A stretch of 62,734 nt of DNA, filler included, from Candidatus Babelota bacterium (GCA_017999075.1; 8 parts of 8 records of this genome joined end to end with filler, not necessarily neighbours in it), one strand, 5' to 3'. Shown: positions 9,208 through 21,377, counted from the first letter of the whole stretch. The notes: generated from the letters alone by a model not told the origin. Made by a program: numbers and translations.

Positions 9208-11769
9208 ATGTCGTTGACAATTAAAAAACGGCTTGTAATATATTTTTTACTTACCGCATTAATTCCTTTAATAGCAATATTCTGGATAGGTATAAGCACA
9301 TTTCAGAGTTCAAAAGAAAAAGATATTGTTCAAAATTATGCGAATGTAGAAAAAACATTTATTGATAATATTGAGAAATCATTGTTTGAACGGATGAAAA
9401 ATATAAAATTGTGGTCGAAATTTCCTGTTATGGAAGAAGTTATTGCAATGGATTTGGATGGGAACATTTCAAAATTTATAACCCAATTTAAAAAAGACGA
9501 CATATATTTTCTTGATATGGTTGTTACTGATATGAGCGGTAAAGTTGTGGCAAGTTCAAACGGGAAATATATAAACCAATCTCTTGCGGATGAACCTGGT
9601 TTTGCCGAATCTGTTAAATCAGGTTTTATTGTTCAGGATATGAGATTCAGTAAGTTTTTTAGTTCAAATGTTATTCTTATGTTTAATCCAATAACCTCCT
9701 CAAAAAATATTTCTGAAAAATATGGAATGCTTGTAGCTGCATTTGACTGTAATACTTTAATTTTTGAACAAAACGACAAATTGAATTTGACAGGGAATCA
9801 AAGTAATGGCCAAAGCGATAAGGCATTTGTTCAATTGTTTAACTCTGAAAATTTTATAATATCATCTCCAGGATTTTTCAGGGGGAAAGATATTATTTTA
9901 AAAAATAAAAATGATGTTCCTGAAGTGGCTGAAAGATTAAAAACAGAAAATTCAGGATTAATGATGAGTAAAAATAAAATAATAGTTTATACAAAATCAG
10001 ATGGGCATAAAGCAGGTAATGATGAATTACAGTCGTTAAACTGGTATGCAGTAGCTGAAATAGATAAATCTTTGGCGTTTGCCGATATAAACAATATGAA
10101 AATATTGATGATAATATTTTTAATTGTAATATCATTGGTTGTATTTTTAATTTCATATTATGTATCTTCAAAAATTACTAAACCTATAATTAAAATAACA
10201 GATATGGGGAATAAACTTGCGAAAGGAGATTTAAACATTGATTCAAGTTCGATTCAGTGGAAAAACGATGATGAATTAGGACAATTGTCTACAGCATTCA
10301 GCAACATTGTCAGCAGCCAGAAAAAACTTGTAGAACAGGCAAACTGCATAAGCAGCGATGATTTAACAAATAAAATTCTTGATACCAAAATAGAAGGAGA
10401 TCTTGGAGAAGCGTTCAGTAAAATGACATTAAAATTAAGGGGATTAGCTGATCAGGCCCGTATAATAGCCAATGATGATTTATATAACAATCTTCTTACC
10501 ACAGACGGAACAGGTACATTAAGTAAAGCGTTTGCTGATGTTGTAATTAATTTGAGAGGACTAACCGATCAGGCTCAATTAATAGCAAATGATAAATTAA
10601 ATAATGAGGCTTTGTCAATTAAAGGAGAAGGCACTTTGAGCAGGGCATTTGCTGAAATGACTATAAATCTTAGAAAATTTGCTGAGCTTGCGAAACTTAT
10701 ATCAGACGGTAAATTAAGCAGCGACAAACTTCAGGTTGAAGATAAAGGCGTATTAAGCAATGCATTTTATGAAATGATTCTGAGTTTGAAGAAACTTTCT
10801 GAACAGGCAGGAGCCATAGCCCGCGGAGAATTGAATCACCCTGTTCTTTCAGAATCCGTAAAAGGGGAACTTGGAGATAATTTTAGAATAATGACAAATA
10901 ATCTGCGTAAATTGATATCGAACCTTGAAAATATAATAATGGAAGTGAAAAATGTTGCAGGAGTTATTGACAATGTGACTGTTGCGGTAAATACAACTTC
11001 AAATGATTTTATAAACCAGAGTAAGGATCAGGCTTTATTGACTAATGATACGGATACTGCATTGACTCAATTTTCATCTTCAGTTCAGGAAATTGCATTG
11101 AACTGCGATAAGAGTAAGCAGATTTCAAAAAATACTATTGAAGCTATAAAATCAGGAATGCAGATAATGAGTCAGGTTACACAGGAAATGGAAAATATAA
11201 ATGAAAGCATTAAGCTAACATCACATAAACTTGACGAATTGAATGACAGCAGCAGAAAAATAAGCAATATTGTAGATATAATTACAGGAATTAGCGAAAA
11301 AACTTCTTTGCTTGCTTTGAATGCTGCAATAGAAGCTGCGAGAGCTGGCGAATCAGGCCGCGGGTTTGCGGTTGTTGCTGATGAAGTAAATAAACTTGCG
11401 GAACAAACAAACAAATCTGTAAAAGAGATTTCTTTGCTTGTTGATACTATAAAAGTTCAGACAACCATGTCTGTTGAATCGATGAACAACGGAAGAACTT
11501 TGATTACAAATGGAGTTCAGCTTGTAGATAAGGCATCTTCAGCATTCAGCAATATTCACGAATCTATTGAAGAAACTAATACTTCGATCATTGAAATTTC
11601 CGATGCAGTAAAAGAACAGACAAATGTTATAGACAGTATAGTAAGAACTACGGACAAACTTAAAAATATTTCAAAACAGGTTATGGAGAAAAGCCAGGAA
11701 CTGCGGACAAAAGGCGAAACGCTTAACGATAATTCTAAGAAACTGCAGGTTTTGCTTAAAAGTAATTGA
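9208..11769 (+). CDS. Methyl-accepting chemotaxis protein (TM-dCache-like-TM-polyHAMP-MA)
   Basis: [27 protein letters not shown] hairpin; two TM helices; likely start ATG 9208 after AAGGA. Confidence 0.95.
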   Translation: MSLTIKKRLVIYFLLTALIPLIAIFWIGISTFQSSKEKDIVQNYANVEKTFIDNIEKSLFERMKNIKLWSKFPVMEEVIAMDLDGNISKFITQFKKDDIYFLDMVVTDMSGKVVASSNGKYINQSLADEPGFAESVKSGFIVQDMRFSKFFSSNVILMFNPITSSKNISEKYGMLVAAFDCNTLIFEQNDKLNLTGNQSNGQSDKAFVQLFNSENFIISSPGFFRGKDIILKNKNDVPEVAERLKTENSGLMMSKNKIIVYTKSDGHKAGNDELQSLNWYAVAEIDKSLAFADINNMKILMIIFLIVISLVVFLISYYVSSKITKPIIKITDMGNKLAKGDLNIDSSSIQWKNDDELGQLSTAFSNIVSSQKKLVEQANCISSDDLTNKILDTKIEGDLGEAFSKMTLKLRGLADQARIIANDDLYNNLLTTDGTGTLSKAFADVVINLRGLTDQAQLIANDKLNNEALSIKGEGTLSRAFAEMTINLRKFAELAKLISDGKLSSDKLQVEDKGVLSNAFYEMILSLKKLSEQAGAIARGELNHPVLSESVKGELGDNFRIMTNNLRKLISNLENIIMEVKNVAGVIDNVTVAVNTTSNDFINQSKDQALLTNDTDTALTQFSSSVQEIALNCDKSKQISKNTIEAIKSGMQIMSQVTQEMENINESIKLTSHKLDELNDSSRKISNIVDIITGISEKTSLLALNAAIEAARAGESGRGFAVVADEVNKLAEQTNKSVKEISLLVDTIKVQTTMSVESMNNGRTLITNGVQLVDKASSAFSNIHESIEETNTSIIEISDAVKEQTNVIDSIVRTTDKLKNISKQVMEKSQELRTKGETLNDNSKKLQVLLKSN

Positions 11770-12470
11770 GAATAAATTTCCTTTTTGAAAAACTTGAAAA
11801 AAAATATAAATGGAGGGGTTGGTGGCCGTCAACCCCTGAAGGGAAAAAAACTCCGGAATATCACAAATCAAAAAAATATAAATATACAGATAACGAAAAA
11901 TTTGAAATTGCAGTCGGAGCGATATTAACTCAAAATACGGCCTGGACTAATGTAATAAAAGCTTTGGAAAATTTGAATTTTTTAGGCGTTAATTTGCCTG
12001 AAAAATTATTGAAAACAGAAGAAGATTTGTTGCTTAATGCAATAAAACCATCAGGATATTATAATCAAAAATTAAAAAAAATAAAATGTTTATCTGAATT
12101 TTTTATTAAAAACAGTTTTAAAACTTTGAATAAAAAAAATGCCGCAGATTTACGTTTTATGTTTCTGAATATATGGGGAATAGGCAGAGAAACTGCGGAT
12201 AGTATTATACTGTATGTTTTTAACAAACCGATTTTTGTAATAGATGCATATACCAGAAGAGTATTAAAACGAAATGGAATAATAGAAGGTAATGAAGATT
12301 ATGATGAAATCAGAGAATTGGTTGAAAATAATATTCCTCATAATGTGAATAAATATAAAAATTACCATGCTGTTATAATTGAGTTATGCAAACAATATTG
12401 TAAAACTAATCCTGACTGTAAAAATTGCATATTAAATGAATATTGTATTAAAAATATAAAAAAAATATAA
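11766..12470 (+). CDS. Endonuclease III-related HhH-GPD DNA glycosylase
   Basis: [28 protein letters not shown]-terminal Cys cluster. Confidence 0.9.
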   Translation: MRINFLFEKLEKKYKWRGWWPSTPEGKKTPEYHKSKKYKYTDNEKFEIAVGAILTQNTAWTNVIKALENLNFLGVNLPEKLLKTEEDLLLNAIKPSGYYNQKLKKIKCLSEFFIKNSFKTLNKKNAADLRFMFLNIWGIGRETADSIILYVFNKPIFVIDAYTRRVLKRNGIIEGNEDYDEIRELVENNIPHNVNKYKNYHAVIIELCKQYCKTNPDCKNCILNEYCIKNIKKI

Positions 12471-12539
12471 AAATTGCTTGCAATTTTTTTTACTTTAACT
12501 AAAATAGATTAATTACTAAAATAAGATAAAAAAAGGACC

Positions 12540-14330
12540 TTGTCTTTCATGGATCAATCCAGTGAAATAATAAATGTTTTACTAAGTTATGAAGTAATTA
12601 ACCAAGAGCAATTGGATAGCGCAGCTGCAAAGATTGAAGAGGTTGCGGCTAAACAACAGGAACAAAATCAGGGTTTAGAAACAAGAGATCAAACTGTTTC
12701 CAGACTAAGTGTAGAAGAAGCTTTAGTTCAATTGAATTTTATAACATGGGAACATGTAGCAGCAGCTTTATCTCAAATCTCAGGAATACCATATGTTAAA
12801 CTTGAAAGTTATGAATTAAATGAAGAATTAGTGACTAAAATTCCTGAGAAATTAGCAAAACGTCATAATCTTATAGCCATTCAGCAGGATGAAGATAAAT
12901 TAGTAGTAGCTATAACCAACCCGAATAATATTGCTGCGCTTGATGATATAAGTTTGATGCTTGGATTTTATGTTGAAGCTGTAATAGCGCCTAGAGATGA
13001 AATACAATCTGCGATAGATCGTTTTTATGCAAATAAAGAAGAAGATTTTTCAAATGTATTATCATCATTAACTGAAGATGATGTAGATATGGTGGATAGC
13101 AATCTAGGCTCTTCGAATTCTGTAGATAATCCGAAAGTTGATACAAAAGCTGTTCAATGGGTTAAAATGGTTATTATGAAAGCTCTAAAAGACAGAGCGA
13201 GTGATATACATCTTGAGCCATTTCAAAAAAGTTTTAGGGTACGTCAGAGAATTGACGGTGTTTTGTTGCCTGTTACTCCACCCCCTTTAAATTTGAAAAA
13301 CAGTATAGTTTCACGTATAAAAGTAATGGCAGAATTAAATATAGCAGATACAAGACTTCCTCAAGACGGAAGTATACGTTTGAAACTTCCAGGGAAAAAT
13401 ATAGATTTACGCGTAGCATGTCTACCTACAGTTAACGGTGAAGCCGTGGTTTTAAGAGTACTTGACAAATCTTCTGTTTTATTAAGTATGAGTGATTTAG
13501 GATTATCAGAACATATAGAAAAAGCATATAGAAAATCTCTGAATATGGCTAATGGAATAATAATGATTACCGGACCTACAGGATGCGGCAAGACAACAAC
13601 ATTATATGCCGGGATGATAGAAATAAATGAACTTGAAAGTAAAGTTATAACAGTTGAAGACCCTGTTGAATACGAAATTTATGGGATGATGCAGTGTCAG
13701 GTTAATGAAAAAGTAGGGATGACATTCGGCAGCGCCTTGCGTTCAATATTGAGGCAGGACCCGGACATAATACTTATTGGAGAAATGCGCGACCCTGAAA
13801 CCGCAGGTATTGCTATAGAATCAGCACTGACAGGACATTTGGTTTTAAGCACTACTCATACTAATGAAGCGGCTGGAACAATTACCCGATTAATAGATAT
13901 GGGCTGCGAGCCTTTTTTAATAAGTTCTACTGTTCAAACTGTAATAGGGCAAAGATTGGTTAGAACAATATGTCCTAATTGCAGAGAAGAATACAAACCA
14001 GATCCTAAGTTATTTTTAAAATTAGGAAAACGGCCGGAAGAATATGGAAATGTACAGTTTTTTCACGGTCGCGGTTGTGAACAATGTGTTAAAACCGGAT
14101 ATTTTGGAAGGGTGGGTATTTTTGAAGTATTTGAAATGAGAGAAGCGTTAATAGAACTGATAGTTAAAAAAGCTCCTGCAAATATTCTCCACGCGAAATC
14201 TTTGGAACTTGGTATGGTACCGATGCGGGAAGACGGATGGCTAAAAGCTGTTGCCGGAAAAACAACACTTGAAGAAGTTACGAGAGTTGCTCCTATAGAA
14301 CCAGGGGTATCATTGCTTGATGAAATATAA
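12540..14330 (+). CDS. pilB: Type IV pilus / T2SS assembly ATPase (PilB/GspE), copy 1
   Basis: ASDIHLEP, GPTGCGKTT, TVEDPVEY, LRQDPDIILIGEMRD, GHLVLSTTHTN, two CxxC; MshEN-like N-terminus; start may be ATG 12549. Confidence 0.9.
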   Translation: MSFMDQSSEIINVLLSYEVINQEQLDSAAAKIEEVAAKQQEQNQGLETRDQTVSRLSVEEALVQLNFITWEHVAAALSQISGIPYVKLESYELNEELVTKIPEKLAKRHNLIAIQQDEDKLVVAITNPNNIAALDDISLMLGFYVEAVIAPRDEIQSAIDRFYANKEEDFSNVLSSLTEDDVDMVDSNLGSSNSVDNPKVDTKAVQWVKMVIMKALKDRASDIHLEPFQKSFRVRQRIDGVLLPVTPPPLNLKNSIVSRIKVMAELNIADTRLPQDGSIRLKLPGKNIDLRVACLPTVNGEAVVLRVLDKSSVLLSMSDLGLSEHIEKAYRKSLNMANGIIMITGPTGCGKTTTLYAGMIEINELESKVITVEDPVEYEIYGMMQCQVNEKVGMTFGSALRSILRQDPDIILIGEMRDPETAGIAIESALTGHLVLSTTHTNEAAGTITRLIDMGCEPFLISSTVQTVIGQRLVRTICPNCREEYKPDPKLFLKLGKRPEEYGNVQFFHGRGCEQCVKTGYFGRVGIFEVFEMREALIELIVKKAPANILHAKSLELGMVPMREDGWLKAVAGKTTLEEVTRVAPIEPGVSLLDEI

Positions 14331-14375
14331 ATTTTGCATAAAAAAGTGAAATTTATTTTTAAAGGTGTAAAGTAG

Positions 14376-16085
14376 ATGTTAATTAAAGATGATAAAGATT
14401 TAAGTGATATACTTGTAAGCACTGGAATTTTTACTGAAGAACAACTTCAGCAAAGTTTAGTTGACCGCCAGATAAATAATAAATCATTGTTAGACTGGAT
14501 TATTGAAAATAATATATTGACGCCTGATCAATTAAATGAAACAATAGCACAATATTTAGGTTTTGAATATGTAAAATTAAGCGAACTGAAATTAAATCAG
14601 GAAACTATAAAAAGAATAGATCCTTCAACTGCTCAGCAGTATATGGTATTTCCATTAGGGGAAGAAAACGGAATATTTAAGATTGCTATGGCAGACCCAA
14701 CTAATTTAAAATCACTTGATGATATATCAGTTATATTGAATATGCCTGTAGAAGGGGTTTTGTGCGATGATGCTGAATTGCAGGAATTTATAAATCAGAA
14801 TTACGGAGCGAGCGAAGAATCTCTTGAAGAGATGTTTGCTGGAACTGATGAACTTGAAGTATTAAAAGAAGAAGATAATATGGACCCCAATAAAGCTGAA
14901 AAGGAAGCAAACGATGCTCCAATAATTAAATATGTAAATCAAGTATTAATAAAAGCGCTGAAAGACAGGGCAAGCGATATTCATTTTGAACCTTTTGAGA
15001 AAGAATGCAGATTGCGGTACAGAATTGATGGTGAATGCAAACAGGAACCGAGTCCGCCAAAACGTCTTCAGGGAGCAATACTGTCAAGATTGAAAATTAT
15101 GTCTGGAATGGATATATCTGAACGCAGGATACCGCAGGACGGCCGTATAAAAATGAAGATGATGGGAAAAGAAATCGATTTTCGTGTTAATTCTCTTCCT
15201 TGTATTCACGGAGAAAGCGTTGTTATGCGTCTTCTTGACAAAGCGTCTGTAAGTTTAGGACTTGAACAGGTAGGATTTATTGGTGAAAATAAAAGGCAGT
15301 TTGATGATATAATAAGAAAACCTAATGGGATTCTTCTGGTTACCGGACCTACAGGAAGCGGTAAGACTACAACATTATATTCAGCATTGAATGATATTAA
15401 CAAACCAGACAGAAAATTGATGACCATAGAAAATCCTGTTGAATACATGCTTGAAGGAATAAATCAGGTTCAAGTTCAGCATGATATTCATTTTGATTTT
15501 GCATTAGGATTAAGGGCAATGCTTAGACAGGCTCCTGATGTAATTATGGTTGGAGAAATAAGAGATTTTGAAACAGCTGAAATTGCGATCAGAGCTGCTC
15601 TTACAGGTCATCTTGTTTTCAGCACTCTTCATACTAACGATGCGCCGAGTTCTATTACACGATTAATTGATATGGGTATAAACCCATTTCTTGTAGCTTC
15701 TTCGATTCAGGCAATAATGGCTCAGCGTCTTGTAAGAACGATTTGCTCTAAATGTAAAGTTGTTGATGAAAAAGTATCAGTTGAAGCATTAAAAGAAATG
15801 CAGTTTCCTGAAGATGAAATATCAAAAACAACATTTTATAAAGGCGAAGGCTGTGAAAACTGTAATTTTACAGGATATAGAGGAAGAAGCGGAGTTTTTG
15901 AACTAATGATACTTAACCAGGCATTAAAAGATCTTGTACTTGACAATGTTCCTTCACTTGTTTTAAGAAAAGCAGCTTTGAAAATGGGAATGAAAAGTTT
16001 GCGGCAGGATGGATTTGTAAAAGTTAAACTGGGAATTACAACTCCTGTAGAAGTTGCGAGAAATACATCGGCTGAAAAAGAATAA
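14376..16085 (+). CDS. pilB: Type IV pilus assembly ATPase PilB, copy 2
   Basis: [42 protein letters not shown], two CxxC. Confidence 0.92.
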   Translation: MLIKDDKDLSDILVSTGIFTEEQLQQSLVDRQINNKSLLDWIIENNILTPDQLNETIAQYLGFEYVKLSELKLNQETIKRIDPSTAQQYMVFPLGEENGIFKIAMADPTNLKSLDDISVILNMPVEGVLCDDAELQEFINQNYGASEESLEEMFAGTDELEVLKEEDNMDPNKAEKEANDAPIIKYVNQVLIKALKDRASDIHFEPFEKECRLRYRIDGECKQEPSPPKRLQGAILSRLKIMSGMDISERRIPQDGRIKMKMMGKEIDFRVNSLPCIHGESVVMRLLDKASVSLGLEQVGFIGENKRQFDDIIRKPNGILLVTGPTGSGKTTTLYSALNDINKPDRKLMTIENPVEYMLEGINQVQVQHDIHFDFALGLRAMLRQAPDVIMVGEIRDFETAEIAIRAALTGHLVFSTLHTNDAPSSITRLIDMGINPFLVASSIQAIMAQRLVRTICSKCKVVDEKVSVEALKEMQFPEDEISKTTFYKGEGCENCNFTGYRGRSGVFELMILNQALKDLVLDNVPSLVLRKAALKMGMKSLRQDGFVKVKLGITTPVEVARNTSAEKE

Positions 16086-16217
16086 AAATAAGTGTTGCTT
16101 ATTTTTTTTAATATAAGAAATTGTGAAAATATAAAAGAAAACGAAGTTTAAGTAAAACAATATTAATTTAATATAAAATATGCTGATTTAAAATATTGTT
16201 CAGGAGGAAAATCTATT

Positions 16218-17270
16218 ATGTACATGCATGACTTGATGCAGTTTGCGAATGATATGGGCGCTTCAGATATTCATATAACTCCGGGCAGGCCTCCTGTTGT
16301 TCGTATTGACGGAGGGTTGCGTGATGTTGAAGGAGCAGAAATATTGACAGGCGATGATACAGAACTTCTTGTGCGAAGCATAACTCCTGATTCTCATATA
16401 CCGATAATAGAAGAAAAGGGCGGTACAGATTTCGGTTATGCATTTAGAGATATATGCCGTTTTCGTGTGAGTATTCTTAGGACAAAAGGGAAATATGCTA
16501 TGGTATTAAGGCGTATTCCGTCAAAAATATACAGCCTTGAAGAATTGGGAGTTCCTCCGAAATTCAAAGAATTGCTTAAAAGACCAAGAGGTTTAATACT
16601 GGTTACAGGACCAACTGGAAGCGGTAAAACCACTACTTTGGCTGCAATGATAGATCATATAAATAAAGAACGTGATGCGCATATAATAACAATAGAAGAT
16701 CCTATAGAATATTATTTTCCGCACATTATGTCTATAGTAAATCAGCGTGAAGTAGGAGTCGATGTAATATCTTTTGCAGGAGCAATCCGTGGAGCTCTAC
16801 GTCAGGACCCTGATGTTATACTTGTAGGAGAAATGAGGGATTTGGAAACTATAGGAACTGCAATAACAGCAGCAGAAACAGGACATCTTGTTTTCGGAAC
16901 ACTGCATACAAACAGCGCGCCGAAAACAGTTGACCGTATAATAGATGCATTTCCAACTGATGCTCAGGAACAGATAAGATCGCAGTTGGCTTCATCTTTG
17001 ATAGCCGTTATATCTCAAACTTTAATGCCTAAAGCGCGCGGCGGCGGCCGTGTTGCAGGGTTTGAAATTATGATAGGCACTCCAGGAATCGCCAATTTGA
17101 TAAGAGAACATAAAACATATAATTTGCTGTCAGCAATACAAACAGGACAACAATTAGGAATGCAGACTCTTGACCAGCATTTATTGAATTTATATCAAAG
17201 ACGTACAATTACATATGAAATGGCTATTGAACGCGCTCAAGATATTGAAGAAATGAAGAAAAACATGTAA
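16218..17270 (+). CDS. pilT: Type IV pilus retraction ATPase PilT
   Basis: [51 protein letters not shown]. Confidence 0.96.
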   Translation: MYMHDLMQFANDMGASDIHITPGRPPVVRIDGGLRDVEGAEILTGDDTELLVRSITPDSHIPIIEEKGGTDFGYAFRDICRFRVSILRTKGKYAMVLRRIPSKIYSLEELGVPPKFKELLKRPRGLILVTGPTGSGKTTTLAAMIDHINKERDAHIITIEDPIEYYFPHIMSIVNQREVGVDVISFAGAIRGALRQDPDVILVGEMRDLETIGTAITAAETGHLVFGTLHTNSAPKTVDRIIDAFPTDAQEQIRSQLASSLIAVISQTLMPKARGGGRVAGFEIMIGTPGIANLIREHKTYNLLSAIQTGQQLGMQTLDQHLLNLYQRRTITYEMAIERAQDIEEMKKNM

Positions 17271-17305
17271 TTAAAAAGAAAATTTTTAACTGGAGGAAAT
17301 GAATT

Positions 17306-18508
17306 ATGCCGTTATATTCCTATACAGCGTTTGACAAATCGAATAAAGAAATTAAAAATCAGATTGAAGGCGCCAATGAACAGCTCGTATCAAGAAAATT
17401 AAGGGATATGGGTTTGCGTCCAGTCGAAATTAAAATTGCAAAAGAAAAAGCCAGCGGCGGTTTTTTTAAAAGGAAAGTTAAAGAACAGGAAATAGCTACT
17501 TTTACCAGACAGATGGCTACACTTCTTGAATCAGGTATGCCGTTGTTGCGTGGTATAAATTTATTGGCCGAACAAAATGAAAATCCTACATTTAAAGAAG
17601 TATTAACTCAGATAGCAACAGATATAACTGGAGGTAAATCATTTTCTGAAGCTTTGATAGTTCATCCTAAATTGTTTGATAAATTGTATATCAATATGGT
17701 TAAAGCAGGAGAAGTTGGAGGAGTTCTTGAAACGGTTCTTGACAGATTGGCTACATTCAAAGAAAAAGATCTTGAATTAAAAATGAAAATAAAAGGAGCT
17801 TTAACATATCCTGCGATAATGGCAATAGTGGCTGTATCAGTTGTTACATTTTTATTGGTTGGAGTTTTACCTACATTTGTAAAAATGTTTCAGTCGATGA
17901 AAGTTGAGCTTCCATTACCTACAGTAGTGGTTATTAGTATAAGTAATTTTTTAAGAGATTTTTGGTATATAGCGATAGGAGCTATAGTTGCAGGAGTTGT
18001 AGCTTATAAACAATATAGAAAAACAAAAGATGGAGAATATAAAACAGATCAGTTGACTTTAAAATATCCGGTTTTCGGTAAATTGATATTAAACAGTATA
18101 ATAGCGAGATTTACAAGAACATTAGGAACACTTATACAATCAGGTGTTCCTATAATTCAGGCGCTTTCAATAGTAAGGGAAACTGTAGGCAATGAATATA
18201 TAGCATCTGCATTTGATAAAGTAATAGTTGCTATCAAAGAAGGAGAAACAATGTCTAAACCATTGCATGAAGCTCATGTGGTTCCTGCGATGGTAACTCA
18301 TATGATAGCTGTTGGAGAAGAAACAGGAGCAGTAGATCAGATGCTTGTAAAAATAGCTAATCAATACGATGTAATAGTTGATGAAACCGTTGCGGCGTTG
18401 TCGTCTATGATAGAACCATTAATGATTGTATTTTTAGGAGCAGCAGTAGGTTTAATAGTTATGGCATTGTTTTTTCCAATGTTTGGACTTGTCGATGTCG
18501 TTCATTAA
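17306..18508 (+). CDS. pilC: Type IV pilus platform protein PilC (GspF family)
   Basis: FTRQMATLLESG, KAGEVGG, GALTYP, VGEETG, MIEP. Confidence 0.95.
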   Translation: MPLYSYTAFDKSNKEIKNQIEGANEQLVSRKLRDMGLRPVEIKIAKEKASGGFFKRKVKEQEIATFTRQMATLLESGMPLLRGINLLAEQNENPTFKEVLTQIATDITGGKSFSEALIVHPKLFDKLYINMVKAGEVGGVLETVLDRLATFKEKDLELKMKIKGALTYPAIMAIVAVSVVTFLLVGVLPTFVKMFQSMKVELPLPTVVVISISNFLRDFWYIAIGAIVAGVVAYKQYRKTKDGEYKTDQLTLKYPVFGKLILNSIIARFTRTLGTLIQSGVPIIQALSIVRETVGNEYIASAFDKVIVAIKEGETMSKPLHEAHVVPAMVTHMIAVGEETGAVDQMLVKIANQYDVIVDETVAALSSMIEPLMIVFLGAAVGLIVMALFFPMFGLVDVVH

Positions 18509-18551
18509 AAAAGTGAATTATGCTTAAAAAAAAATTAGGAGGATTATTATT

Positions 18552-19961
18552 ATGCCGTCAGCAAAAGATTATAAAGTAAAAGATATGAAGTTATCTGATT
18601 GGGGCAGAAAAGAAATAGAAATCGCTGAAAAAGAGATGCCGGGATTATTATCAGTTAGAGAAAAATATCAGAAAGAAAAACCTTTGAAAGGCATTCGTAT
18701 AACAGGTTCTCTTCATATGACCATTCAAACAGCAGTATTAATTGAAACTTTAAAAGCATTGGGAGCAAATGTAAGGTGGGCATCTTGCAATATTTTTTCG
18801 ACTCAAGATCATGCGGCAGCAGCAATAGCTAAAAGCGGAACACCTGTTTTTGCATGGAAAGGCGAAACATTAGCAGAATATTGGGAATGCACATTGAAAG
18901 CTTTGAATTTTCCAGGGAAAAAAGGACCTCAACTTATAGTTGATGATGGAGGGGACGCAACTCTTATGATACATCTTGGATGTAAAGCTGAAAAAGATGC
19001 ATCAATTTTAAAAATAAATAAAGAAGATGGAGAAGACCTGGTTGAATTGAAAAAAATTTTACAGAAAACATTGAAAACGGAACCTGGTAAATGGACGAAA
19101 GTAGCAAAAGAAGTTAAAGGAGTGTCAGAAGAAACTACGACTGGAGTTCATCGTCTTTATCAGATGATGGAAAAAGGGGAATTATTATTTCCTGCTATTA
19201 ATGTAAATGATTCTGTTACGAAATCAAAATTTGACAATTTATACGGATGTCGCGAATCATTAGCTGATGGTTTGAAAAGAGCAACAGATGTAATGGTTGC
19301 TGGAAAAGTATGTGTTGTTTGCGGTTACGGAGATGTTGGCAAAGGATCAGCTCAATCGCTCAGCGGATTTGGAGCCAGGGTTATTGTTACGGAAGTTGAT
19401 CCTATATGCGCTCTTCAAGCTGCGATGGCAGGTTATGAAGTTAAAACTGTTGAAGATACTTTAGGAATAGCAGATATATATGTTACAACAACCGGGAACT
19501 GCGATGTTATAACTCTTGAACATATGATAAAAATGAAAGATCAGGCGATAGTATGCAATATAGGGCATTTTGACAATGAAATACAGGTTGAGCGGTTAAA
19601 CAAGTTTAAAGGTATTAAGAAAATTAATATCAAACCTCAAGTCGATAAATATTTGTTTCCTAAAGGAAACTGCATATATATGCTTGCAGAAGGCAGACTT
19701 GTAAATCTTGGATGCGCGACTGGACATCCGTCTTTTGTAATGTCAAACTCATTTACAAATCAGACATTAGCACAGATAGATTTATGGAAAAATAATCATA
19801 AGATAGGAGTATACACATTACCTAAAATTTTGGATGAAGAAGTAGCGAGACTGCATCTTAAAAAAATCGGAGTTAAATTAACCAAACTTTCCAAAAAACA
19901 AGCTGATTACATAGGAGTTCCTTTAAATGGCCCGTTTAAACCGGAACATTATAGGTATTAA
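18552..19961 (+). CDS. ahcY: Adenosylhomocysteinase
   Basis: [49 protein letters not shown]-terminus. Confidence 0.98.
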   Translation: MPSAKDYKVKDMKLSDWGRKEIEIAEKEMPGLLSVREKYQKEKPLKGIRITGSLHMTIQTAVLIETLKALGANVRWASCNIFSTQDHAAAAIAKSGTPVFAWKGETLAEYWECTLKALNFPGKKGPQLIVDDGGDATLMIHLGCKAEKDASILKINKEDGEDLVELKKILQKTLKTEPGKWTKVAKEVKGVSEETTTGVHRLYQMMEKGELLFPAINVNDSVTKSKFDNLYGCRESLADGLKRATDVMVAGKVCVVCGYGDVGKGSAQSLSGFGARVIVTEVDPICALQAAMAGYEVKTVEDTLGIADIYVTTTGNCDVITLEHMIKMKDQAIVCNIGHFDNEIQVERLNKFKGIKKINIKPQVDKYLFPKGNCIYMLAEGRLVNLGCATGHPSFVMSNSFTNQTLAQIDLWKNNHKIGVYTLPKILDEEVARLHLKKIGVKLTKLSKKQADYIGVPLNGPFKPEHYRY

Positions 19962-19973
19962 TTGAGTTTCTAT

Positions 19974-20017
19974 AAAAAATACGCCGATAAATAAAAATTA
20001 TTTCGGCGTATTTTTTT
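19974..20017 (+). terminator. Intrinsic terminator after ahcY (potentially bidirectional)
   Basis: AAAAAATACGCCGA...TCGGCGTATTTTTTT. Confidence 0.85.
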
Positions 20018-20110
20018 AACGTTGTTTTTGGTTATTTATTTCAGGAAAATTTTTTAGCTGCTTATTATCATATTGATTATCATATTAAAATATATTATGG
20101 AGCGGATTTT

Positions 20111-20695
20111 ATGGACAGTAAAAAGACTGCTAAAGATTTGATAGATTTGTTTGAAAAAACAGGAGTTTTAAAAAGAATACCGAGAATGGGCTGGAAAATG
20201 CGAGGAGTTCCTGAATGTGAAAGTGTAGCAGATCATAGTTTTAGAGTTATTGTAATAGCTATGGTTTTGGGAGACATACTTAAATCTACTCATAAAATAA
20301 ATATGGAACGTTTAATGCGTTCTGCAATTCTCCATGAATTACCTGAATCTGAATTGACTGATTTAGCTCTTGGTCCTGCGCTGTCGGTTGGAAGAGATGT
20401 TAAACATAAAGCTGAATGTACTGCTTTTAAAAAAATATTTGCGGAATTTGATTTACTTGAAGAATATTTTGAACAGTGGATTGATTTTGAAGAATGCCGT
20501 AATATTGAAGGGAAAATAGTTAAATTGGCTGACAAATTAGATATGATGATTCAGGCATATGAATATGAAAAAGTTGGAATAAGAAATCTGAATGATTTTT
20601 GGAATAATAATGAAAATTATGAAGCGTTTGAATTTCAGATTATAACTGAAGTTTATAATGAATTGAAATTAAAAAGAGAAAAATTGCATAAATAA
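20111..20695 (+). CDS. HD-domain 5'-deoxynucleotidase-like protein (YfbR/HDDC2 family)
   Basis: LKRIPRMGW, ESVADHSF, LHELPE (HD variant), ADKLDM. Confidence 0.85.
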   Translation: MDSKKTAKDLIDLFEKTGVLKRIPRMGWKMRGVPECESVADHSFRVIVIAMVLGDILKSTHKINMERLMRSAILHELPESELTDLALGPALSVGRDVKHKAECTAFKKIFAEFDLLEEYFEQWIDFEECRNIEGKIVKLADKLDMMIQAYEYEKVGIRNLNDFWNNNENYEAFEFQIITEVYNELKLKREKLHK

Positions 20696-20699
20696 AATC

Positions 20700-21377
20700 A
20701 TGAATCGAATTATTAAAATAGCTATTGACGGGCCTGCAGGTTCAGGCAAGAGCACTATTGCGAAAATAATTGCTGAACGATATAATATTTTGTACGTTGA
20801 TTCAGGGGCCATGTACAGAGCAGTAACATATAATTGTCTGAAAAATAAAATTAATTTTGATATTTCAGAAGAAATTGTTAATGTTTGTTATAGAACAGAA
20901 ATAAGTCTTGTTAAAACTGAAGAAAAATTGCTGGTGTATGTAAATGGAGAAGATGTAAGTGAACAAATAAGGACGAGAGATGTTACTAATAACGTTTTTA
21001 AAATTGCCAGAGAACCGCTTGTGAGGAAACATCTTGTAAAGTTACAACAGGATTATGCAACAACAACGTCTGTAATTATGGACGGTAGAGATATAGGTAC
21101 AGTAGTATATCCGGATGCAGATCTTAAAATTTATCTTGATGCTTCAGTTGATGAACGAACTCATCGCAGATATGAAGAATTGAAACTGAAAGGCGAAAAT
21201 GTGAATTTTGAAAAACTTAAACAGGAAGTAATAGATCGTGACAATCAGGATAAATCAAGAAAAGTAGGTCCTTTAAAGATTGCAGAAGATGCAGTTGTCC
21301 TTGACACCACAGGTTTAAATATCTTACAGGTTACAGAAAAAATAGTTGAAATTATGAAAATAAAAAAAATAATATGA
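20700..21377 (+). CDS. cmk: Cytidylate kinase
   Basis: AIDGPAGSGKST, DSGAMYR, DGRDIGTVV. Confidence 0.97.
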   Translation: MNRIIKIAIDGPAGSGKSTIAKIIAERYNILYVDSGAMYRAVTYNCLKNKINFDISEEIVNVCYRTEISLVKTEEKLLVYVNGEDVSEQIRTRDVTNNVFKIAREPLVRKHLVKLQQDYATTTSVIMDGRDIGTVVYPDADLKIYLDASVDERTHRRYEELKLKGENVNFEKLKQEVIDRDNQDKSRKVGPLKIAEDAVVLDTTGLNILQVTEKIVEIMKIKKII

